From Sminthopsis crassicaudata (taxonomy: Eukaryota): DNA of 64,000 nucleotides. The translations under genes and the position numbers were made by a program. Below the pieces are notes generated by a model. That model saw nothing but the letters and a program-made list of their open reading frames with translations, was not told where the DNA came from and made no database searches. Location: the NCBI RefSeq assembly GCF_048593235.1, contig NC_133620.1:291725765-291789764 (forward strand). The letters run 5' to 3'. The first letter of the stretch is position 1; every line of letters starts with the position of its first letter. Positions 46,693 to 56,532 of this stretch are shown piece after piece.

Positions 46693-49600
46693 TGTAATGT
46701 TCTTCTCTAAAATATATTGTTCAGGGGGCAGCTAGGTGGCGCAGTGGATAGAGCACCAGCCATGAATTCAGGAGGACCGGAGTTCAAACCCGAGTCTCAG
46801 ACACTTAACACTTCCTAGCTGTGTGACCCTGGGCAAGTCACTTAACCCCAGCCTAAGGAAAAAAAAAAATTAAAAAAAAATAAATATATTGTTTTCTGGG
46901 AGCAGGTTTCTTGGGGGGCTTCTGGGAGCAGCCTTTGTTTCAGTTCAAAGTAATAATCACCTCAAATGCAGCCAGGAGTTAAAGTCCAAATCCATTACTG
47001 TCTCTTTCCAAATCTTATCTCCTTCACTTGGGACTCGGCTAGTTTTCTGGAGGACTTCCAGATCTTGGTTTCACACACAGGACAGTGTTCTCCACTTCTC
47101 TGTCTTCCTATGTTCTTCCCAACTTGTGAATCTCCACAAATAAATCCTGGCTCTGAATCTCCCGAAGTGCATCCTGGTTGAGGCTCCTAGCTTATATATG
47201 TTCTCTTAAAATTATGAATCTTGCAGAACTCTAGTAAATACTAAGTACATAATCATTGCCTCTATCAATTCCACTGACTTAGCAATCAGTAAGAATCCTA
47301 ATATCTTCCACTTTCTTTTGATTTAGAACATAGGTGGCCATGACCTCCCTGACTTCTCAAGAAGGTGAGAACCCCAAAAAGAAGGTGATCACTCCTTCCC
47401 TGACTGCTCAAAAAAGGAGTGAAAACACCATAAAAGGAGGTGATCATGCCCTCCCTGACTTCTCAGGAAGGGAGATGAAAACACCAAAAGAAATGGGAAA
47501 TCAAATCAGATTAGCGGGTTTCTGAAGGGGCTCACTCCTAAAACAGGTATACATAAATCCATCAATATGGGGGGTATTACACATAATTATAGAAATTACA
47601 TAAGCACATAGTAACATAACACAGGCTAGTCGTGCTGTAACAAATAACATGAATCAACATGAGGAATTATACAGGTCCATAGGTCCTAGAAATAGTCCAA
47701 AAGGAATCTATTGTCCATTAGTTCATGTGCCAGGAATCCATTAATTCCTGCAAGTTTTGAAGTCCTGCAATAGTCTCATCTTATGTTAGGGAATCCAATG
47801 ATTCCTGATGGTTTTCAAGTCCTGAAACAATCTCATTATCAGTCATGCTCTTTCAGCGTCAAATGTTTCTTAGATCTTCTCCTTTGTTTTGTTTCTCTTT
47901 TCCTGTCTCTCTCCAGGTGCTTGTTGCCACCCATCTGTTTCCTTCTCAATCTGTAGGAATATAAGCAAACCCTCTCTCCCAAGCGTTAACCTATCTAGTC
48001 CCTTCTCTTTACCACTTTCTAAATCTCTCCTCATCATCTGGCAATTACATTGGAGCTGTTTGCACTGGACACTGCCCTTCTGTTGGGTTAAAAAGCCTGT
48101 ATTCTCCCCAATTGTAATCCCTTTCTGCTCTCTGATTACTTTTTGGCTGATAGATCAGGTAATCCATTTCTGCCATGTGATTGCTTTTCAGCTGATAGAT
48201 CACATCAGAATCCTGAACTTCTTTGGGTGAAAAGTCAGCTGCCATTATGCCCCACCTGTCTTAGGGCTGGGCCCTGCCTCTCATTTCCCTGGGTCAATCT
48301 ACATACTGAGGCCCAGTGGAAGCCCTTGTGGCATTTTGGACATAGGGTTTTGGGTTTTATTCTCTTACCCTGTCCTCTCACTCCATCTCTTTGCCCACAC
48401 TGAGCTCTTAGATGTCCAACTTTTCCACATTGAAAACACTAACAAGTTTCTCTAGAAGTCCCTTGCCAAGAGGGACCCTGTCTTCCCATGTTCATCATAG
48501 TCTGCGTGTAATAAGCATTTGTGCCCACTGTGGCACAGCGTCTTATGATCTCCTCTAAAGGAACATCTTTATGTAGTCCCCATATAATTCTTCTGCAAAC
48601 CTCATTAGCATTTTTCTTAGCCAGTTGTCTGGTCATTATTTCTATAGCTGCAATGGTTCTTGTGACAGCTGTTTGCAGACGTACCGCAAAATTCACAAAG
48701 GGTTCATTGGGATCTTGCTCTATTTTTGTGAAGGCTTCCCCTTGACCTTTTTGTCCATGGAGGGAACCCCAAGCTTTTTGTTGCAGCAGTGGCAATCTGT
48801 TCATAAGCTGTTGTGAGGTAATTCATCTGTTCTGAATTCTCTCCATACTGGTCTTTATCTGCTAGTTGGTCAAAAGTGACTTGTACATTAACTCCTGTTT
48901 GCCTATTGGGTCTGACTTGAATCCTGCATAATTCATGATACTCCGAAAGCCACAACAAGTTTTGACCTTGCTATGGATTTCCAGTTACTAGGGGTTAAGA
49001 TTTCATAAGCCAAATTATCTAGTAACATTTTAACATAAGACGATGTAGCCCCATAAAGAGTGCAACTTTTTTTCAAATTCTTAATTTTTTCTAGATCAAA
49101 GGGAGTGCATCTTCTCCTTTGTTGACTTGAAAGGACAAGCTCTTCAATCACAGGGTATGCATCTATAAAATCACTTATATCCTCTCCTTCATTTTTTGCC
49201 TTAACTAAGGCTTTTTCTTTTTTTTTTTTTTTCTTTTTCTGAGGCTGGGGTTAAGTGACTTATCCAGAGCCACACAGCTAGGAAGTGTTAAGTGTCTGAA
49301 ACCAGATTTGAACTTGGGTCCTCCTGAATTCAGGGATGGTGCTCTATCCACTGTGCCACCTAGCTGCCCCAAACTAATGCTTTTTCTAATTTTGTCATAG
49401 GCTGCTTAACAGGCAATTCTGTTTGTGTCACTGCCTCTTCCCCTCCTCCTTCTTCCTCCACCCATGAAGGGTTAATTGAAGGAGGTAAGTCAGGGGGTTG
49501 GGAAATGCTCCTGTTGTGAAGTGCCACACTCAGAATTGTACTTAACTCCATTCTTAACTGATTCTTCATCCTTTTCACCTACTTTATTTGGCACCTTTAC

Positions 49601-50330
49601 CTCCTGCTCTTTCTTCTTTTTTCTTATTTTTTAAAGCCAGTTGTATTAAATTATATGTATAAAGTATATTTTTGGAAATTGAGTTTGGATTGGAATTGTA
49701 ATATTCACCTAGTTGCTCTCCTACTAATTTCTACTCATCTGGATTCAATTCTTTTTCCTTAGAGAACCAAGGAGATGTGTACTGTACAGTCTCTAAAAGT
49801 TCAGTGATCTGCTCCCAAATTATAATCAAACCTTGGCTTTTCATAAGTCTGAAAATGCTCTCTAAACATTTTCCTTGAATTGAAAAAGATGGCTGTTTCT
49901 AAACATCTGTCCCATTTTAGCTGAAATTCTATCTTAGCTCTTTAACAAAGTTACTCACCCTAATTTCTGGGTCATAGATGAAGGTTCTTGGTCCAACATT
50001 CAGGTACCAAAATGTAATATTCTCTTCTCTAAAATATATTGTTTTCTGGGAGCAAGTTTCTTGGGGGGCTTCTGGGAGCAACCTTAGTTTCAGCTCAAAG
50101 TAGTAATCACCTCAAATGCAGCCAGGAGTTAAAGTCCAAATCCTTTATTGTCTCCTTCAAAATCTCATCTCCTTCACTTGGGGCTTGGCTAGTTTTCTGG
50201 AGGCCTTCCGGATCTTGGTTTCAATGTTCTCCACAAGACAGCCTGCCACCACTTCTCTGTCTTCCTATGTTCTTCCCGACTTGTGAATCTCCTCAAATGA
50301 ATCCTGGCTCTGAATCTCCTAAAGTGCATC
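46693..50330 (-). mobile_element. Older class II ERV, gag retained and pro-pol deleted; 3' LTR 46693-47303, truncated 5' LTR ~50013-50330
   Basis: gag ATG GGA CAG at 49915; MHR IEQDPNEPFVNFAVRLQ; Zn knuckles CFQCGKVGHLRAQC and CPKCHKGFHWASVC; jumps to IN tail (RLFNPTEGQCPV); decayed PBS TGGTACCTGAATGTTGGAC at ~49991-50009; SINEs inserted at 46722-46880 (TSD AAATATATTGTT) and 49215-49370. Confidence 0.9.
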
Positions 50331-50402
50331 CCAATCTAGAACACTCAAACAGCATCAAGTAGTCTTTGCTGATAGTTAGGAGCCTTTGAGGAAAAAAAGA
50401 GG

Positions 50403-51021
50403 TGTCAGAATGATGAGTTCTAGATTTGGGGTACCCAAATGAAAATGAGGTCTAGTGGCAGATTCAGGGTTCAGGGAGTCAAATAGAGTCCCTCTGAAAC
50501 CCCTTTTGATTCGGTACAAGGATATGGAGTTAAATGAGGGTTTAGTGGCAGTGTAAGAGTCCCCTATAAAGGAATTTACAGACCTGAAAACCTAGATTAA
50601 TAAAAATGGTTTATTATGGGGTTTGGAAATAAGGTTAAAGTCCAGTTAGTAAGAGGTGTTAGATAAAGAGAAGAGGGCATCAGAAACAGTGTTCCAGTGG
50701 GTAAAGAGTCCGTGCTGGCATGGTGCTGGCATGTTTCGACCCTCTTCAAAGAGAGGCCTCCAGTCTGGCTCTTTATATAATAGGGGGTTTTGGCTACAAG
50801 CTGAAGGGGGTTCGTAGGTGGAGTCCCAGGTTGACTCCTGGCTGGGTTTCAGCCAGGGTTAGAATTTGGATTGAATTCAATGGGTTTCAGGACTGAGCCA
50901 TCCCCACCCAGATAATAAAGATGAAACTGTTTGTGCTTGGAGTGGAGTCCCCTCACTGAGGCAAAGTCAAAGAAGGTTTTCTCCTTTAAGGATTTTTCAG
51001 AGTTTTGGAGTTTCTTCTTCA
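50403..51021 (-). mobile_element. Solo LTR in LY6G6F pseudogene intron 2
   Basis: TG...CA ends; TTTATT (~50611) and TTTATATA (~50773) on + give poly(A) and TATA signals on minus; TSD not confirmed. Confidence 0.6.
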
Positions 51022-51834
51022 AGAATATTATCCATGTTCACCAAACCCTTGCAGCCACCATGAATAATTGAGACAGTCACTTTTGTCTAGCTTCTTTCAT
51101 CCTCAGAGCCCATTGTTCTCAGTAAAATGGATGGTTGTGATGATTGAAGAACCTCTCATATGGCTCCCATAATCACATACTCTCTCTCTCTCTCTATCCT
51201 CTTCTTAGAGCTCTCCCCATTTGCTTTAATATTCCTTTGACTCCCTGGATCCCCTCCCTTCTCCCTATCCCCAAGAAATTCCATAAACCCCCTCTCACCT
51301 CTGATCACAGAAAGACCATTTACCCTCCAGTTCTAGTACTTGACATAATTGCCAAGCACAGTGGACCAGTCTCATCCTGCATCCTCCTCCTGAGCCTCTT
51401 CTAGCCAGAGAGAATTATTTCACAGCAAAGTCAGCCTGAATTTCCTTAAGATCTTCCTAGTCTTAGGAACATTGGTGGTCATGGGAAATCAGACTGATGC
51501 AAATAGTGTTCCCATCGAACTTTTGGGGAGGATGGAAGGAAAACTGAGGAGCTCTCCTCTGAGAGAGACCCACCCCAGGGATAAGTAGTTTCATTCTGTT
51601 ATCTTGGTGAGGACTGGCAACATCCTCTATTAATTAACTACACCCACTATTGAGCAGCTATACCCTCTATGGAATTGAAAATTAGTCCTGGACCACTCCT
51701 AGTAGCTTATTCAATTGAATAAATTAAAGACATACTTAAGGTAAATACATTAGTATGATGATTTCTGCTATTTACTACTCTGTTTTGACAAGTACTTTGG
51801 TATTGACAAACATCACAACTATTCTGTTGGTATT

Positions 51835-51972
51835 TTTTTCCTGAGGCTGGGGTTAAGTGACTTGCCCAGGGTCACATAGCTAGGAAGTGTTAAGTGTCTG
51901 AGACCAGATTTGAACTCCGGGTCCTCCTGAATTCAAGGCTGTGCTCTATCCACTGTGCCACCTAGCTGCCCC
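51835..51972 (-). mobile_element. WSINE1-type SINE in LY6G6F pseudogene intron 1
   Basis: 16-bp TSD CTATTCTGTTGGTATT. Confidence 0.9.
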
Positions 51973-53084
51973 CTATTCTGTTGGTATTGATGAACACTCT
52001 CCCTATCTGTGCAGAAAGAGGGTCAGTGATAAGTTATTCCAGGAAGAGGTAACAGACCCCTCTCTAACTTTACCTGACTGATTCCTTTCTTCATTTCTTC
52101 TAAGTGGGTTTTGTCATGTTCTTGGTTGTGCTAGGTGGCACAGTGAATAGACCTAAGTACAAATGTAGCCTTAGATAATAACTACTTGTGTATCTCTGGA
52201 TAAGTCATTTAATCTGTTTTGTCTCAGTTTCCTGATCTGTAAAATAGGGATAATAATTATATTCCAGCATTGTTGTAAGGTAAATTAAATATTAATTGTA
52301 AAGTGCTACATAGGATAGTGCTTGCCATGTAATAAGCATTATATAAATTTTAGTATTATTAATGTTACTTGTGGGAAGGTACTCTGCCTCAAGCTGTAAA
52401 ATAGAATCGGGAAGGAGAATGGAAAGAAAGTTTTTTTTTAATAGGAAGGAAGACATAGTGGGGGATATAACCAAGCTCTAGTTGGAAAGGGAGAAATTCA
52501 TTTGCTGTTATGGTGTCTCATCCCTCAACATTCAGGCCACCCTTCCTTCTCTACCCCTCATCTAGAGAAAAGTAAAAAACCCCTAATCCTGAGAACATTT
52601 TTAACTTTTTAAGTCCACCTGCTACTATTTGCCTGGTGACATCAGAGGGATGAATGGGAGGCAGGAAAAACAATAAGTCAAAGCATATGTAAACCATGGG
52701 TGTATATATACAAGAATGCTTTCATTGGGAGATGGGTGTCCTAAGAAGGAAATGGGGTCAAGATAACAGACCATAGTTCCATGGCTGTGGATGACTTGGG
52801 GCTCTGGATAATATAGTCCCCTAATGGGGATGAGAATACCAGCAATAATAAACCAACAACTAGTTTGTCCAATGGAGATAAGAGAATAGTATCCTATCTG
52901 GTATGTGCCTTCAGCCCTATGTCGTCCCCAGGGCTATCATATATGAAGAGATCCATTGACCATTTCCTGTAACCGCCAAAAGATTGTAGTGGATAGAACA
53001 TTATCCTGTATTTAAAGGCTTTCAAGCCTGTGCATAGTTTTTGGACTAAGAGCATAAAATTATTTTGACTATGTAAAGTATTTG

Positions 53085-53217
53085 GAAAAATAGGTGAAGA
53101 AGGAATCCTGCCAAATTCCTTCTGTGACACAAATATGATTGATATCTAAACCAGGAAGAGCCAAAACAGAGAAAGAAAATTACAGGCCAATCTCCCTAAT
53201 GAATATTGATGCAGGAA
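53085..53217 (+). mobile_element. L1 ORF2 fragment
   Basis: [22 protein letters not shown]. Confidence 0.8.
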
Positions 53218-53239
53218 ATGACTTCAAAGAGTTGATACA

Positions 53240-53950
53240 ATCTTTGAAAGAGAAGAGACTGTTAGGGGCCTTGTTGAAGGCTCAGCATGAGAAAATGAGA
53301 AAATACCAAGCTAGATTAGTGCAGGGTCAATTTATCAGGTTGATGGATAATAGCACTGAATAAGAATGGGTACAAGCAGGACTGGTGTTGGTACTTATAG
53401 ATCTCATTGTGCATGTACTCAGGGCCTGTTTTCCAGGCCCCTGAGACTATGATTATTGACAATTGCTGTTGCTGAGAACTTCAGAGTGTTTGCTGTTACA
53501 CATGAGAATACCTTGATAGAGGATGCATGTGCAGATGTAAGCACAAAGATCTGAAGAGACATTTCCCAGCTGTAATTTGGCGTAGTTCTTTAGGCTTTAT
53601 ATGTGGCATTGAGAGCTATAGGGTACAAAGAGGCAGGCAGAGAGGCAAGAGAGGAGTTCCTGAACATGTAACAGATTGGCACTAAAGCTATCTTCTATTT
53701 CCCGCTCCTCTGGCTCCTGATTCTTCTCAAGAACATGGCTGGTCATGTACTCTGATGACTGGTAATGGTAAAACCCCTGGCTGCCCCCAGTGGTAGGATC
53801 TGGACAGAAGAGTACCAGAAAGATGGAGGTCATTTCTTTTTTAAAGTTCCATTCAGTTATGGACTCTTACTTCTCAGTGGCCAATAAATAGATTGATACA
53901 TTATCCAAAAATGCCAATCCCTTTCAGTTCTTGGTTATCTCACATTGTGT
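53240..53950 (+). mobile_element. Degenerate RTE-like LINE reverse transcriptase fragment
   Basis: Frameshifted match to the RTE RT motif (H..M.AR...NGVKQGCVL) near 53285-53390; extent uncertain. Confidence 0.4.
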
Positions 53951-54605
53951 CCAAATCAGGAAAGATAGTTTTTCAAATGTCCTGTTGTTAAGGAGAAACA
54001 AGATTAGGGTTCACCTGGTCAGTGTCGGGTTTGGTGAAAGAATTTGCATACTGGGACAGCTAGGTGGCACAGTGGATAGAACATCAGCCCTGAAAGCAAG
54101 AATTTGACCCCAGACACTTAACACTTCCTAGCTATGTTGTTGCGAGCTGTCGTCTCCAGAAGCTGCTGGATCGCTCTCTGGGAAGAGATCTGCTGTGTCT
54201 ACTCAAATCTCTCAGACAGATTCTTCTTCCTGTAACGAACCGTTGTCTCCAGGCAGTTGCTGTTAACTCTTGTCCAAAGAAGTGACTTCCCTTCCTGCAG
54301 AGAGCCCCGTCAAGCCTGATGCAATTCAGAGTCTTCTTTTCTCTTGAATCCTGGCTCTGAATCTCCTCCAACTCTTATCCTTCTTCAGGCCGATCTGCTC
54401 TCTGCGCCCAGTGCTGTCTCTTTTTATCCTCCCAGAGAATGGGCGTGGGATAATGCAAAGGCTTCTGGGAAGAACCACCCCAGCCAATGAGCTTGCCCCC
54501 TCTATCAAGTCAACCTGAGTTCTCACCTTGTAATTGTCCAGAAAACCTGAATTCTCACCTTGTCACCATCCAGACAACCTCAGTTCTCACCTAGTAATCC
54601 CAACA

Positions 54606-54622
54606 TCTCCCCCTTTCTTTTG
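54606..54622 (-). other. 3' polypurine tract
   Basis: CAAAAGAAAGGGGGAGA abutting the 3' LTR TG. Confidence 0.9.
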
Positions 54623-54904
54623 ATTTAGAACATAGGACAGTCATGACCTTGAAACATAAATCCATCAATATGGGAAGTATTGCAGATAATTACATAAATT
54701 ACATAAGCACATAGTAACATAGTAACATAACACATGCTAGAAGTATATAACATAATCATAATCATAAATTGAAAATTTATAAATGTCCATAAGTCTATTG
54801 TCCATTATTCTCATCTTGTGTGAGGAAGTCCAATGATTCCTGCTGGTTTTTAAGTTCTTTAACAGTCTTCTTATTATCCATGCTCTTTCAGTGTCAGATG
54901 TTTC

Positions 54905-56425
54905 TTAGATCTTCTCCTTTATTTTGAGGTCTTTCTCTTTTTCTGTCTCTCTCTGATGGACAAGGCGAATATGACTTGTTGGCACCCATCTGATTCCTTC
55001 TCCTGCTGAAGAAATACAAGCAAACCCTCTCCCCCAGGCAGTTAACCTATCTGGTCCCTTCCATTCACCACTTTCTGGATCTCTCCACATCACCTGGCTA
55101 TTATCTAAGGACAGTGGAGATGCTCTCACTGGACACTGCCCTTCTGGTGGGTTATAAAACCTGTCTGCTGGAGCCAGCGCATCTTTGTCAAAAATTAGAA
55201 AATTAATGGTATAGAGAACTAAATTTAGAAGTTCCCTAGGGCTACCTGTGGCTCCCCCTTTCTTTTGTTTTTGGAGGAGTGTCTTAATATCTCTGTTTCT
55301 TCTCTCTACTATTGCCTGCCCTTGAGGATTAAAGGGTATGCCCGTGGTATGTAAAATCTTATACTGTGCACAAAAGTGTGTAAAATGTTTGGACGTATAT
55401 GCAGGTCCATTGTCTGTTTTTATTGCTTGTGGCACACCCATAATTGCAAAAGCTTGTATAAGGAATTCAGTGACCACTCGGGCTGTCTCTTTTGCTGCTG
55501 GCATTGCAAATGTGAATCCTGAAAAGGTGTCTACCACGACATGAATAAAAGATAGACGACCAAAAGATTTATAATGGGTCACATCCATTTGCCAGATTTC
55601 ATTGGGTCTCAAACCACGAGGATTCTTCCCTGGAGGGAGTGTAGGAGCATGGAAAGGAAGACAAGCTGTACAGTTTTTTACTATGCTCCTAGCTTCCTCT
55701 CTTGTGATTCCAAATTGTAAACGTAAAGCTCGAGCAGCCTGATGATATTTAGAATGAGATTCTTGTGCTTCCTGAAATAAAGGACTACTGGCTAACATGG
55801 TTAGAAGGCTATCTGCCTTTGAATTTCCATCAAAAATGGGACCTGGAAGTCCACTATGTGAGTGGACATGCAAGATATAAATCTTGCCTGGATGTTTTCT
55901 CACTTGCTCTTGAAGTTCCTTAAAGAGCTGATAAATATTGGAGGCTGCAAATTTTATTTGGGCTGTGGCAATTCTTTGTACTACACCTACTGAATAGGCT
56001 GAATCAGTAATTATATTTACGTCTCCTGGGTAATAAGTGAGAGCTAGCATGATAGCAAATAATTCATTCTGTTGAGTGGATTGAAAAGGAGTCCTGATTA
56101 CTCTCTTTATGGTTAAATCATGAGAGTATATGGCACAAATATTTTCTTTGGAGGCATCTGTAAAGATTGTTGGTCCTTTAAGAGGAACCTTAGAAACCTT
56201 TTCTTCAAAAATCCATCGCCAATTATGTAGTAGCCGGGTAATCTTTAATGGAGATCCATGTGCAAAATTTGGAGCGGTGGCCAATAAAATTTGCCATTCT
56301 GGGATGTTCTCACAGCATACATTAATCTGTGCGTTAGTATAGAATGTGTATATTTTTTCAGGACTTATCCCAGATAATTGTGTTACTCTCTTAATAGCCT
56401 TTAATAAAATCCTAGCCACAAGCAC
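54905..56425 (-). CDS. Retroviral pol fragment: RT connection, RNase H and complete integrase; open frame
   Basis: RNase H FTDAS/NELFA/TDSAY/NSKAD; IN HHCC (HSKYH...CTAC), WQMDVTH, KTDNGPAY and D(35)E to IVERRN; C-terminal WKGPDRLTAWGRG. The listed start is GTG; the first in-frame ATG is at 56050 (381 aa). Confidence 0.9.
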   Translation of the reverse strand: MLVARILLKAIKRVTQLSGISPEKIYTFYTNAQINVCCENIPEWQILLATAPNFAHGSPLKITRLLHNWRWIFEEKVSKVPLKGPTIFTDASKENICAIYSHDLTIKRVIRTPFQSTQQNELFAIMLALTYYPGDVNIITDSAYSVGVVQRIATAQIKFAASNIYQLFKELQEQVRKHPGKIYILHVHSHSGLPGPIFDGNSKADSLLTMLASSPLFQEAQESHSKYHQAARALRLQFGITREEARSIVKNCTACLPFHAPTLPPGKNPRGLRPNEIWQMDVTHYKSFGRLSFIHVVVDTFSGFTFAMPAAKETARVVTEFLIQAFAIMGVPQAIKTDNGPAYTSKHFTHFCAQYKILHTTGIPFNPQGQAIVERRNRDIKTLLQKQKKGGATGSPRELLNLVLYTINFLIFDKDALAPADRFYNPPEGQCPVRASPLSLDNSQVMWRDPESGEWKGPDRLTAWGRGFACISSAGEGIRWVPTSHIRLVHQRETEKEKDLKIKEKI

Positions 56426-56444
56426 TGGAATCAGGACTGTGTCT

Positions 56445-56462
56445 GTCCCTGTTCGGGCGCCA
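56445..56462 (-). other. Primer-binding site 2, tRNA-Lys3 (perfect 18-mer)
   Basis: TGGCGCCCGAACAGGGAC, identical to the HIV-1/MMTV-type Lys3 PBS. Confidence 0.95.
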
Positions 56463-56513
56463 AATTGCGAAGGTCTGGTCTAGCTCTTCTTGTCAGGATA
56501 AGCAAAAGTCCTT

Positions 56514-56532
56514 GCCCCACGTGTGGACGCCA
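56514..56532 (-). other. Primer-binding site 1, tRNA-Lys1,2-like (imperfect)
   Basis: TGGCGTCCACACGTGGGGC two bases after the LTR, versus canonical TGGCGCCCAACGTGGGGC (one mismatch, one insertion). Confidence 0.9.

Larger units (their letters stand above)
50330..52697 (-). pseudogene. LY6G6F: LY6G6F (G6f) pseudogene: candidate exon 1 (52619-52697), exon 2 (51299-51602), 5' part of exon 3 (50330-50383)
   Basis: Exon 2 reads RLTLL*NNSLWLEEAQEEDAG*DWSTVLGNYVKY*NWRVNGLSVIR|gtgag versus human RLRLLGNYSLWLEGSKEEDAGRYWCAVLGQHHNYQNWRVYDVLVLK; it starts ag|AT AAC (DN). Exon 3 starts (G)S*LSAKTT versus GSQLSARAA. The exon 1 candidate is weaker (phase-1 donor, AGATAA sites at 52761 and 52876). Confidence 0.85.

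Noticed and set aside
54132-54526. LTR-encoded ORFs (79 and 66 aa, repeated at 56493-56923)
   Set aside because: Short, no similarity to sag, rec or other accessory proteins that I recognise; useful only as confirmation of LTR identity.
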